Assembly (NCBI GenBank): GCA_013265495.1
Contig: MU058384.1
Span: 6,530,956-6,573,522, forward strand
Source: Vicugna vicugna
Lineage: Eukaryota
Direction of reading: 5' to 3'
Length of the DNA: 42,567 nt
The first letter of the stretch is position 1, and every line of letters starts with the position of its first letter. Below are positions 23,180-34,695 of the stretch, piece after piece. A program made the translations under genes and the position numbers. The notes under the pieces were generated by a model. It was not told where the DNA came from, did not search any database, and saw only the letters and a list, made by a program, of their open reading frames with translations.

Positions 23180-24060
23180 CTACTAATAAAGGTTGAGGTG
23201 CTATCCTATTTTGAATTGATACATCCTTATTTGGTACCGAGGGCAAATATTTTTTGCATTTGTTAATGACATATGTGTTCCTTTTCAGTGAACTCTATTT
23301 ACAAGCACTTAGCCAATTTTTCTATTGACAAACTTACTGATTGCCATGAGCTCTATTTAATGAGATAATCCTTTGTCATCTGTCCAAAAATACTTTTCCA
23401 ATTCCTCTTAATTTTGCTTATGATAAGTTTTGATATATCATAGTTTGGATTTTTTATGTACTAATTTTTTTCTCCCTTGGTGATTACTTCTTCCGTTTAT
23501 AAAATCAGGGACCAGATTTCTACTTAAATAAATTTTTTTATAGCTTTATTTTTCTGACCTTAATTTTTAATGTATCTGAAGTTTATTTGGTTGTAATATT
23601 AGGATCTAGTTGATTTAACCCACTCCAGTGTCAGCATCATTCATTAAACTTCTTGCCTTGCAATTTATTAGATTTTTAAATTTTTATTGAATTATTTAAT
23701 TTAGTTTGTTATGTTTTTGTTTATTTTAAAATTATTTTCATTTATGATGGTAACTTTGCCATTTAGAAAATGCTTACAATTATAAGGATTTATTTCTAGA
23801 TTCTTTTTCTATTTCTTTGATCTGCCTTTTGGTCTTTAACATAGGCCACTCTGTCTCATTATTATAGCTCTGTATTATGTTTTTAATAACCAGTAGAGCT
23901 AGTACCCCAGAATTTTTCTTTTTCAAAATTTCTTTCATTTCTTGTCTTTTTATTCTTCTGGACACTTGCAAATTTGAGAAATTCTCACTTGGATTCCCAC
24001 TATGATGACACTACATCTATAACCTAATTTGAGAAAAACTGCTATTTTTACAACATTAAG
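23180..24060 (-). mobile_element. old L1M ORF2 3' remnant
   Basis: ORF 23780-23971 LKKKNSGVLAL...QIKEIEKES resembles L1 ORF2 LKKKNKVGGLTLPD...RQIDQWNRIES; strongly T-rich on the plus strand. Confidence 0.75.
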
Positions 24061-25444
24061 GATCATATCTATTAACATAGAAGAATTACTATTCTTTATT
24101 AAAATTTACAGTATGATAAAAAGTTTAAAAGACAAGGTTGATTAAGTCAAGACTACAGAGAAAATTTTAGATAACTATCTGATTTCTGGATCAAAGACCA
24201 AAATGCCAATCTCTCCACTGTCCACTGTCCTATACAGTTGAACACACATTCTCCTTCTTACTGCACACATATTCTTCATGATGAAAAAGATTTTGTCTTT
24301 TTTCAACTCTTAATTGTATATGCTATAGATGCAGATCACTTTCATAAATTTTTGACTTTGCATCTATAACATAGTGTGCCTCGAAAATTCGTTTCAGCTT
24401 TCATTTAAAGGGTGAAGGTAGCATCATATATCTTAGAATAGAGGAGGGAGATGACCAAAGGGAAAAGAAAAGTGATCAAATTTAGCTAACCTCATAACTC
24501 TCTTCTTTAAACAGAGGAGTAAACTAAAGCTAAAAGCATTCAGATTCGTGAGTCAATCTTTCTCTTGATCCCGGATAGTGAAAGGTTGCATGTTCCTCTT
24601 ATAAGGCTGGGTTCACAAAGGAAACCATAGTGAATCTATTGTGTGAGAGCATTTATTTCAGAATGTTGCTGCAAGAATCCCTTCAAGTTTTTCCTGTAAC
24701 CTTGAGCCATCCCTCTAGACATCAGTCACACACACCTATATATAATCAGACATTACAAAGTGAAAATGTTTTCTTTATTTTTAGTTAAATTATAAAACAG
24801 AATTTTTTTCAGAAATACTTTTAGGGATTCTCCCCCCTAAAATTTATAGTTTTTGCTTCTATTTGTGATTGTATAGAATAACTACAATCCTTAAATTAAA
24901 AGAACTTTTCAATGAATTTCAGCTTTGGACATTCTGTTGCAGTCCTGGCATAAATACTTGATTATTGTTTGATTATTTATAAAGGGCTGGACTATGGGCT
25001 GTGAGTTTGTCACTGCATTTTTTTCGTTTTTATTGGATGTTTCAGAAATATTATAAGAACAAAAGATAGAGCATGGAAATAAGAAAAAAATCTGATGAAA
25101 ATATGGGAGTTTTAAATCTTACTACTCCTCAAACATGAATTTACTTATCATTTCCTATGCACTTGGGCAAAATTACTTCCGGGCCCCTAACAAAACAGTC
25201 AACATTAGGATATGCTTCACAAGGGCATAAATACTGGAACTTTTCAGGAAAACAAAACACTTTCTCAAGTAGGAATAAAACTATATTAATACTTTGGATA
25301 ATGACAATCCTCCTTTTTCCTCTACCTTTGCAGTAGTGCAATAATTTGCAATAGTTTTAATCTAAGAAATGTTGTCTCCACTTGTTTGATCATGTTTTGT
25401 GATTATATCATATAATCTTTGTGCCTGCCTGTCAAGTACAGATT

Positions 25445-25960
25445 ATTTGGGGTGTGTCAGTCCACATTGAGATCTTGGACTTTAAGACCAATGGTAAGTC
25501 AAGGAAGGGTTTTAAGACAACGTATGCAGTTTAAAAAGATCATGTTTGTGGGGGCAAAATGCATTGGGTGGGACAGACTAGAGACAGGGAAAGGAGACAG
25601 TTAGGTTACTGCAGTGATCTAGATAGGAGGTTAGGGTGGCTTGAGCTGGGGCAGTGTCAGTGGATTGGGCTGTGACGCTGTCCAGCACACAGTGGAACAT
25701 ACAGGATTGCTCTTTGTAGAGAACTCTCTAGAAAGCAGAAGGTAAAGTATTCAGAGACATCTGCATAGAGGTGGTGATTGAAGTCATGGAAGTAGAAGAA
25801 TTTTCCAAGGAAAAGAAGTTAGAAGAGGACTAAAGAACAGAACCATAGGGAACGCTGGCTTTTAATGGAAGTGTCCAGAAGAGGCATGAGATCAAGAGCA
25901 GGCAACGTCCTGAAGGGAACCAAGTGTGACTGTGGGACTCAGTATTGAAGTATCGACTAA
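25445..25960 (-). mobile_element. L2 fragment
   Basis: GGAAGGGTTTTAAG, TTTAAAAAGATCA, GAGACAGTTAGGTTACTGCAGTGATCTAG, GGTGGCTTG, GGTGATTGAAGTCATGG. Confidence 0.8.
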
Positions 25961-26309
25961 GACAAACTTCTTAGAATTCTTGACAAGTTTGCCTGCTGGT
26001 AGCATAGGCTTCTTTTCTTGTATTATATTGCATATCTGTGAATTCTTCATGAAATTAGATTATAGATTCATTAAATTTTGCATAGGTCATCTTAAACAGG
26101 CAGAAGTTGAATTCAGTATAATTATACTATACAGTATAAGTAGAAAAAGAAGAAACTGAAGACTGAAATTTTAAAAAGTAATAATTAAGAAGAGGGAATG
26201 CAGAAGGAGATAATGGCAGAAAAAAAATATAGCCTTGACAACTGACTGAGATGAGGAATAGTAAAATATACTGCCTGGAGTTTTTTTTAAGACGGCAGCT
26301 AAAAAGAAA

Positions 26310-26525
26310 GAGCTTTCCCTGACCTCCCAGCTAAGGCAGATTACATGCTTTCAGACACTGCATGATTCCCTGTAGCACTCCTCAAAACTGCAATGAATAT
26401 AATTACGTAATTAGTTAATTAAAGTCTGCCCCCTTCCCAGGCTGGACTATAGGCATCTAGAAGCCAAGGACTGAATCTGTAGCTGGTCTGTGATACAAGT
26501 TCATTAAATAGTTATTGACTAAATG
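26310..26525 (+). mobile_element. L2 3' end
   Basis: GCTTTCCCTGACC, TAGCACTC, GTCTGCCCCCTTCCC...GGACTATAGG, TTCATTAAATAGTTATTGACTAAATG. Confidence 0.7.
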
Positions 26526-26665
26526 GGAGAGGGGGACAGAGATCCATGTGAAAAGTGCTGAAAAGGAAAATCTGACATGAAGAGAGGTGGGACTCAGAGA
26601 GATGGGAAGTTTGGCTCAGAATGCAGGAGTCAACAACTGTCAAAACTCAAAAAAAGCACTAATCA

Positions 26666-26797
26666 GAGGGTGGCCATATGTCCTGGTTTGCCTATGGCAT
26701 TCCTAGTTGACACCTGTTACCCGAATGTAATTGTTAAAATCCCCATTTCATTCTCAAAAGTGCCTCAGTTTTTGTGATAAATCATATCATCACCTTG
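26666..26797 (-). mobile_element. MER94-like hAT-Blackjack MITE
   Basis: GAGGGTGGCCATATGTCCTGGTTTGCC...GTAATTGTTAA...TTTCATTCTCAAAAGTG...GATAAATCATATCATCACCTTG; 8-bp TSD ACTAATCA / ACTAAATA. Confidence 0.8.
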
Positions 26798-28069
26798 ACT
26801 AAATATTTGAAACCTCAGATAAATATATATATCATTCAGGGTGAAAGTATAGTAAATAAAATACAAACAATAGAAATGAACATAAACCAACTGTTTATAA
26901 AATTGAAGATGTGTTGGATTTCATTGATAACCTCTTTATTGGTTGTCACCATTGTTTTATTTCAAGAATATAAAACTGCTCAGAAAGTCCTGATTTCATT
27001 TCCCCAAGTCCTACTTTTCCCACAACACAATGGAATTTTTAGGAGTTGGTCTGCTTTTAATGGAAGGCACTACGACATTATTTCGCTACTTCAAACAGCT
27101 GTGTATACTCCATTCTTGAACACCAACCCCCTAAATTTGCAAAGCCTTTGGAATCCTTTGGATCAAAGCATCTTTAACTGTGCATTTCTATTATTAATTT
27201 GAATGTGAATTTGAAAGTTGGCCTAGTGGGCGGAATTAGATTGCATGGCTGATTTTATTAAGCTGATCAAACTTCAGTATCTTGTAGCAATTCTTTTCTA
27301 TCTACTGTTCAGGATAAACAGATGCTCAAACTAATCCCAGAAAATACCAAGTAATAACTTTCCATTTCAGTGCGGGCCGTGACAGGCACAGGTGAGGAGG
27401 GTTAAGCATTCGCAGCCTATCCTGCTGCTCAAGGCAGCCAGCGATCTCTCTGGAATCTCGTTGTTATTACTGCAGCAGACGCCCCAGTTTGGAGAATAGC
27501 TGGAATTTTTCTTTGTCTGGAGAAGCTATCAACTTATCATATTCATTCTGTATCCTGGCACATAGTAGTTGCTCATTATAAAATATTGAATAATGATCAA
27601 TGGACATACTATTGGCATTATTTTCAATTTGTTTAGCAAGTTTTTAAAAACAATTTAGCAAAATTTATATAGCCTGGCACACAGAAAGTATTTTAAAATA
27701 TTTATTGAATTTATAAGATTGTTATTCACCTATTTCCCCTAGAAAGGATTTGAAAGGGCTTCTAATGAAAGATTTATCAACTGTTTTATGAATTAAGCGA
27801 GGTTGTGTTTTTGAAAATTGTTCTTGGTTTGACAGATTTTAATAATTATCACTATAATAATACTAATAATAATAGCAATTATTATGATTATCATAATCAT
27901 CATTCTGACACTTAAAGATGAAAAGCTGTGTAGTGAAAGAGCTGTGCAGAGGTCATTGCACCAACATAATAAAGAAACAACTCAGTTCCACCCTCAAAGT
28001 ATTTGGCCAGATTTTAGTCTTATTTCGGGGGCCCTTGTTTACTGAGTATGATGCCTGAAAACTACTGTG

Positions 28070-28172
28070 GATCAGGGTTATCTCGTTTCTGTCCTTGCTT
28101 CTATTAACTAACTGTGTGAATAAAGAGAAGTCACTTAACTTGCTGAGTCTTACTTTTTTATCCTTAAAATGC
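28070..28172 (+). mobile_element. MIR core fragment
   Basis: CTAACTGTGTGAA...AAGTCACTTAACTTGCTGAGTCTT...ATCCTTAAAATG. Confidence 0.65.
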
Positions 28173-28209
28173 TACTTTTATCTCCTCCTCTTCAATCCCA
28201 TTAGACCTC

Positions 28210-28470
28210 ATACTTACCTCTGTTAGCAGAGCTGAGACACATCAGGTGCTATACTAAACACCTTACATGTATTAACTCACTTAATCTTCACAAATACTAC
28301 GGAAGTTTTCTCCATTTCCTCCTGTTCCTTCTTTCCTTCTTCTTTCCCCCTCTTTCTTCTTTGTATATCAAATTTATGAGCTTTTCCAAAGTCCTACAGT
28401 TACTAAGAAATAGGGTCAGGATTTGGACTTAGACAATCTGGTGCCAGAATCCAAACTCTAACCACTGTTT
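28210..28470 (-). mobile_element. MIR SINE
   Basis: TTACATGTATTAACTCACTTAATCTTCACAA, CCAAAGTCCTACAG, CAGGATTTGGACTTAGACAATCTGG, CTCTAACCACTG. Confidence 0.8.
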
Positions 28471-28494
28471 TCCACCTTATTTTATTTTCTATCA

Positions 28495-28655
28495 TTTGAA
28501 TTAATTGGATACATCTCTCTCTTCACCACTAGAATGAGAGTGCCTTTCAGCCAAGCACCAAATTTTATTAACCTTTTATCTTCCTCAACCTCAAGTATTT
28601 TGTTGGTACCTGGTGCATAGCAGATATGCCATTAGTATTTGTCAAATGTATGGAT
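28495..28655 (+). mobile_element. L2 3' end
   Basis: CCACTAGAATG, GTACCTGGTGCATAGCAGAT, TATTTGTCAAATG. Confidence 0.6.
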
Positions 28656-28659
28656 ATTT

Positions 28660-29188
28660 GCCCCACTATCTCAAAGGGATATAACTCCCATTTAGACTAT
28701 TAGTACATAGTCTAAACATAAATTAGCCTACGTTATGCTGCAAAGATGAAGGACTTATGCCGAGGAATGAAGGCCCTAAATCAGTAAACTTTGAGTTAAT
28801 CAAAAGAGAGATCACCTTATGTGGACCTGACTTAATGAGGTGAGCTTTTAAAAAGAGACTCAAAGCAGCAGCAAAGTTCCTCCTAGCCTTAAAGGAGTAA
28901 AGAACCATGATCTACAGAGGAATTCCATGACAGGAAATGGCAGAAGGCCACTAGGACCTGAGGGCTTCAGTTCTACGCCACAGGAACTGAATTCTGCCAA
29001 TAATTAGTGAGCCTGACAAAATCATGGCATGTCTGACACTTTGATTTTCACCTGGTGAGACCCTGAGTAGGGGATTAGGCTAAACCCATGGCCAGACTCC
29101 TGACCCATGGAAACTGTGTCATAATAAATGGGTATATTGCTTTTAGCTGCTGAATTTCCATAATTTTTCATGAACAAAAGGAAATGCA
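28660..29188 (+). mobile_element. MaLR LTR (MLT1E-like)
   Basis: ACTTTGAGTTAATCAAAAGAGAGAT, AGGAACTGAATTCTGCCAA, GTGAGACCCTGAG, ACTCCTGACCCATGGAAACTGTG, TAATAAATGGGT; start approximate. Confidence 0.85.
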
Positions 29189-29265
29189 TCGGGGCACTGA
29201 GATCTGAGAGGAGCATCATTTCACTATAGACCACAGCCCTCATGTGGATTAAAAAGTGAATCTTC

Positions 29266-29941
29266 CTTAAACATAAGACAGGACACCATAAATCTCCTAG
29301 AAGAGTACATAGGCAAATATTCTCTGATATAAATCCCAGCAATGTTCTCCTAGGTCAGTCTATCAAGGCAACAGAAATAAAAGCAAAAATAATCAAATAA
29401 ACAAACAAAGCAAAAATAAACAAATAGTCAAACTTATAAGCTTTTGCACAGAAAAGGAAACCATACAAACAAACAATCCAATCAAAAAAGTGGGCAGAAG
29501 ACCTAAACAGACGTTTCTCCAAAGAAGACATACAGAAGGCCAACAGACACATGAAAAGATGCTCAAAATTGCTAATTATCAGAGAAATGAAAATCAAAAC
29601 TACAATGACATATCACCTCACACCGGTCAGAATGGCCATCATTAAAAAGTCTACAAATAATAAATGCTGGAGAGAGTGTGGAGAAAAAGGAACCCTCCTA
29701 CACTGTTGGTGGGAATGTAATTTGGTGCAGTCATTATGGAAAACAGTATGGAAGTTCCTAAAAAAACTGAAAATAGAGTTACCATATGATCCAGCAATCC
29801 CATTACTGGGCACATATCTAGAGAGAACTCTGATTTGAAAAGATACATGCATCCCTATGTTCATAGCAGCACTATTTTTAATAGCCAAGATATGGAAGCA
29901 ACCTAAAATTCCATGGACAGATGATTGGATAAAAAAGTTGT

Positions 29942-29983
<42 letters not shown>

Positions 29984-30411
29984 TAATATATATAATNNNN
30001 NNNNNNNNNAAAAAGAATGAATTATGCCATTTGCAGCAACATGGATGGACCTGGAAATTGTCATATTAAGTAACGCAGAGAAAGACTAATATCATATGCT
30101 ATCACTTACATGTGAGATCTAAAAAATGATTCAAATGAACTTATTTACGAAACAAAAATAGACTCCCAGAGACAGAAAATATACCTATGGTTACCAAAGG
30201 GGAAACAGGGGAGGGATAAATTAGGAGTTTGGGATTAGCAGATACAAACCACTATATATAAAAGTTAAAAAACAAGGTCTTACTGTATAGAACAGGGAAC
30301 TATATTCAATATCTTATAATAACTTATAATGAAAAATAATATATATGTAAAACTGAATCACTATGCTGTACACCAGAAACTAATATAATATTGTAAATCA
30401 ACTATATTCAA
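29266..30411 (+). mobile_element. 5'-truncated cetartiodactyl-type L1 (ORF2 C-terminus and 3' UTR)
   Basis: ORF 29551-29838 encodes the L1 ORF2 cysteine-rich motif [18 protein letters not shown] and [13 protein letters not shown]. The 3' UTR contains GGGAGGGATAAATTAGGAGTTTGGGATTAGCAGATACAAAC...TTGTAAATCAACTATA. TT/AAAA target; TSD AAAAAGTGAATCTTC (29251-29265) / AAAAAGTCAATCTCC (30412-30426). Confidence 0.95.
29945..30009. repeat. (TA)n microsatellite running into an assembly gap (13 N, 29997-30009)
   Basis: Seen directly in the sequence. Confidence 0.97.
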
Positions 30412-30426
30412 AAAAAGTCAATCTCC

Positions 30427-30790
30427 TTCTTAAGACTGACTTAGCAATTCTCAGATAACTATTTTTTCCAATAAATTTTAGAGAAGTTGTCAAGTTCTTC
30501 AAAATAACCTAGTGGAATTTATATTGGAATTACACTGAACTTTTAGATTAATTTGGGGAGAACTTAACATCTTTGAAATGTTAAATTTTTCCATTTACAA
30601 ACATATCATTCTTTTTTATTCAAGTGTTCTTTTAAGTAATTTAGTAGATTACAATTTTTTCTCCATTAAAGACTTGTGGTTAAATTTTAGACAATTCAGA
30701 AGACTGACTGCTGTTGCCAAGACTATCATTTGTCTGGTTTATTACTCAACATGTAACTGTTCCTTTTTTGGGTATTACACATAAGGAACA
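30427..30790 (-). mobile_element. old L1M ORF2 remnant
   Basis: TAAATTTTAGA...TTGTCAAGTTC...GGAATTTATATTGGAATTACACTGAA...TAGATTAATTTGGGGAGAACTTAACATCTTT. Confidence 0.75.
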
Positions 30791-30814
30791 ATCTTTTTTT
30801 GGTTCAAACTCTGT

Positions 30815-30970
30815 CCTTATGATTTTCATCTCCACTATTTAAATGGGGAAGCCTCTTTTTAAAAAAGTGTCAATAATAATAAATTTTCTCTACCTACCTT
30901 TGGGTGTTAATGAATGTGTTAAATGAGCTGAAGTAATTTGTAAATGGAAAAGTGCTAAATAGACTATAGA
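30815..30970 (+). mobile_element. MIR fragment
   Basis: TAAATGGGGA, CTACCTACCT...GGGTGTT...TTAAATGAG, GAAAAGTGCT. Confidence 0.5.
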
Positions 30971-32701
30971 GTTTTCACGGGGCCTAGAAGAAAGTGGGTG
31001 ATCAAGAAACACTTGTGGATTGTAGGTAGAATAGAATCTTAGTACATTATAATGATATATTTATATTTCTGTCACCCAAACTCTCTAGTCCTTCTCCAAC
31101 TACAAACTGGACATATTCCCTCGAATTCTTCAGACTCATTATCCATATATTCCTGTGCGGAGTGCCCTCTTCTAACTAATTTGACACTTACATTTCACTG
31201 GAGCTTCTATATACATGAATGGTATCTGTCTCCTAGGATATATCTCTGCTTTACAAATGAAGGGTGAAAATACCCTTTTTGTGTAGGTTCACATAAATAT
31301 CTTAGATCATGCCTTCAAATATAACCCCAAATCTAATGAAGTACACCATCACCTCCCTGTTGTAGGCTCAAAGACAGTAAAGCTGAAAGTGAATAAGGAT
31401 GCCAGCAGATCTCTGGTCAGTGCAAATCATGACTTTGAGGTACTAAAAAAATTCCTTCTAAGTTTAACATAGGAAATATATTTGTTTAAAAATCATAGAA
31501 TTCCATCATTTCTTTTAACTTTTATTAATTTATTAATAATTTATCAGTGTGGTTAATTAATGTGGTTTCTAAATTAATGTATGTATATCAATAAAATTAT
31601 TTTCAAACAAATATAATCACTAAGCAACAACAGCTTTCTGCTGTAAGTCCTAATGCAAAAATCAATGTTTTCTGGTTCCTTCTACTGTTAATCTGACACA
31701 GTATGTTTATCTGTTTTTAGCATTGACTTTGGTTGTTTCTCTAGATTCTGGAAATATTCAATTTTCATTTCCCCCAAAAATGTTTCCCCATGATTTTTAG
31801 GCCATCTATTGGCCGCTTTTCTTCAGCTCAGCAAAGACTCAAGAACAGTGTCTGCCTGATCCCCTATCACCATATAAATAGGCAATAAAGAATTTATAGC
31901 AAGGTCAAATCTTACGGGGAAAATATTTAAAAGATCATTAAAGTAATTATTCCCTGGAAGCCAAGGTAATTGTTTTAAAATCCGATTTCTAGAATCGAAT
32001 GGCTATCAAATGAGTGTAAAGTTGAGAGAGTTAAGCACAAAGTATGTCTTTGACACAGCATTTAGCAGTCTTTCTAAAAGATGGTTTAGATTTCATTGTG
32101 AAATCATACAGATGAAACAAAACACATCATGTTATTGGGTTTACCATTGGGTTGAAGAAATCAGTTCCTCTGGTTTGCTTGACATGCTCTGAGTCATTGG
32201 TCAAGTCAATTTGATGGTTAGGTTTTCTGGTTTATACAATACTTGTCACTCACTCAGGGACACTCTACCTGAGGAAGAAGAAACTCGGCCTGGTTCACTG
32301 AGGTTCTATGTATTTCCCACAAGGCTTCCTGTATGTAGACCTTTCAGATAGTTAGTTTGGGTCTTTGCTGAGCAGGAACTTGTGTCACCATGGATGGCCT
32401 CACAGAACTCTCACCATGGTAAATAAACCTTCCCTGCTACAAATGGGAGGCATCTGGGACAGAAAGAACCCTAAGTAGAAGCATCTTTCTCACTGGGGTA
32501 AAGGCTTAAAGAACAATGAATGTTGAATAAGGCACTTGGGAAACACAGGAGAATATGTAACTGCCAAATTACCAGAAAGACTACTTATTGACAAAACTTA
32601 AGTGTTTACACAAAACCTCAGGATATGATAATGTATGTACTTATTGCTAACAAAAATGTAACTGAAGCCCTAATGTTGACTGATTTAATTACACTGGAAG
32701 G

Positions 32702-33282
32702 TGTATTCATTTTCTATTGCTCCCCTAACAAATTACCACAAATTTAGTGGCTTTAAAACAACACAGATTTATCATCTTAAAGTTCAGTAGATCAAAAATC
32801 TGAGTGGGTTGACTGGCTTTTCTGCTCTGGGTCTCACAAGGTTCTGCCAGCCTGGCTCTTCCCTGGAGGCTCTGGAGAAGCCTTCCAGACTCACTGATGT
32901 TGTAGGCAGAATTCAGTTGCCTGCAGTTGTGGAACTGAAGTCTCCATACCCTTGCTGGCTGTTGGGGGTCAGTCAGTTTCTAGAGGCCTCCCACATTCCC
33001 TGGTTCATGGCCTCCTTCATTTACAAAGCTGGCAACCACGGTTGTTCTTCTCACTCTTCAAATCTCTTCACCTTTCTCTTCTGCCTCATCTGCTCTGTCT
33101 CCAGTTGGAGAAAGTTCCCTGCTTTTAAGGACTCATGTGATTAGATTGGGTCCACCTGGATAATACAGAAGCGTTTTTCCCTTAATTATATCTGAAAATC
33201 CATTTTGCTATATAACATAACACAGCCACAGGTTCCAGGCATTAGGATGTGGGCATTTTTGGAGGCCCTTAGGAAGGCCACA
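32702..33282 (-). mobile_element. MaLR solo LTR (MLT1D/E-like)
   Basis: TGTATTCATTTTCTATTGCT...AACAAATTACCACAAATTTAGTGGCTT, GGCAGAATTCAGTT, TTTTAAGGACTCATGTGATTAGATTGGG; perfect 5-bp TSD GAAGG (32697-32701 / 33283-33287). Confidence 0.92.
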
Positions 33283-33836
33283 GAAGGTAAATTATAATGC
33301 ATAAGTCATTCCCTGGGATCTGGTTTGTGTGCATCCCCTTTTCAGCATGCTTAGGTAGAGGCAACATGTTTGGGGAGGAAATTCATTACACGATGTTTCT
33401 GGTGGACACCTCACCTCTGAATCACCTTCTAGCTGAGAGCAGAGTTTAGTAGCCTTTATTATTCCCAGTGGACCTGTCTGAGCTCAGGGTCATTCAAATA
33501 TGCACAAGACCAAACAGGATGTGCTAATTCAGTGGATTTTGCAGTTTTTAGCCTCTGAAACACTTTAGTGTTATTATTAAAACCTCAATATCTCAATCTC
33601 TGTCTTTGGTGCCTACACTGGTATAAAACTAAATTGCTAAAATGGATTTTAATTGATAACTAGTAAAGTAAAATAAAAGTGGGCAGCTATCCAGAGAGAA
33701 TTTTTACCTGACTGTGTGCCATTGGTTTAAACAGTGCATCTGAGACTAGATCTTTAGTGCCTCTTGAACTCAGTTACCAAAATGCCAATGAAAATTTATT
33801 TTATATACACTAGTTTGAGGAATAGAAACGAATTTA

Positions 33837-33956
33837 CTAGAAGGTAAGTTCCCCAAGGACAAAGATGGAGGATTTTACTCACTTGTGTAGTCTAAGTTCC
33901 TAGCACAGCATAAGCATTCAGGCAGTATTTGTTGACTGAATGAATGTTGAATGAAT
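33837..33956 (+). mobile_element. L2 3' end
   Basis: CTAGAAGGTAAGTTCCCCAAGGACAAAGA...CCTAGCACAG...TATTTGTTGACTGAATGAATG. Confidence 0.8.
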
Positions 33957-34559
33957 AAAAGAGAAGGAAATGCTATCATCACATACAAATTAACCTAATC
34001 TGGACAGTCTGCCATGACTTTGCTTTTCTGTGTTTGTAAAGAATTTAATCTGATGTCAAAATAAATGCATATAAAGAGTATCTTTAATGGAAGTCTTTGC
34101 ATAATTGTCTTAATCAAAGCTTATTATAGACATGCTATTACAGTATGACAGCCTCTGTGACTGCACCGTAAACTGAACTGGCTAAATGCATGAATGAAAA
34201 ACTATTTGATGGTACTCCAACTCTGAATTATATGTGCTAAGAGAATGAATCTACGCTTAAACATGATGCCAGTCCTTCTGTGTTCATTATTTCAAGTCCC
34301 TATGTTTACAAGAGTAATTCCCATAATCTTTTTTATAGTTATCCATTTTAATACATATTTAAAGTGATTACTACAAGGTGAAAAGACCAAAAGAAATTCT
34401 GAATATACTCTCGCAAACCTATTCTGTGTATTAAATATGTGTATAGTATTTATTATCTACTAGATAGTCATTTTCAGCAATTGGAACTGTATGTTTAATT
34501 TTAAATGTACTTTTTTTCCCATAATTTTTCCCCATAACTATTACATGTAGCAGAATTTG

Positions 34560-34695
34560 TTTTAAAAATGCATAGAAAAGGGGAATAGGAAGCAATACAC
34601 TAAAATATTAATGGTGATAAGATCATGGTTATTTTGTTCATAATTACAAATAAATACTACGAGCATATGCGCACATTTTACTTTTATAGCCAGAG
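34560..34695 (+). mobile_element. old L1ME 3' terminus
   Basis: ATGCATAGAAAA...GGAAGCAATACACTAAAATATTAATGGTG...TTACTTTTATA. Confidence 0.45.

Noticed and set aside
26774..27202. 142-aa ORF with a hydrophobic stretch
   Set aside because: Starts at GTG inside the MER94-like element; composition reflects AT-rich DNA; no homology recognised
29551..29838. 95-aa ORF with a Cys-rich motif
   Set aside because: It is the L1 ORF2 C-terminus inside a truncated L1, not a host gene; the overlapping minus-strand ORFs are its antisense shadows
29997..30009. N run
   Set aside because: Assembly gap at a (TA)n tract, not biology; true length unknown
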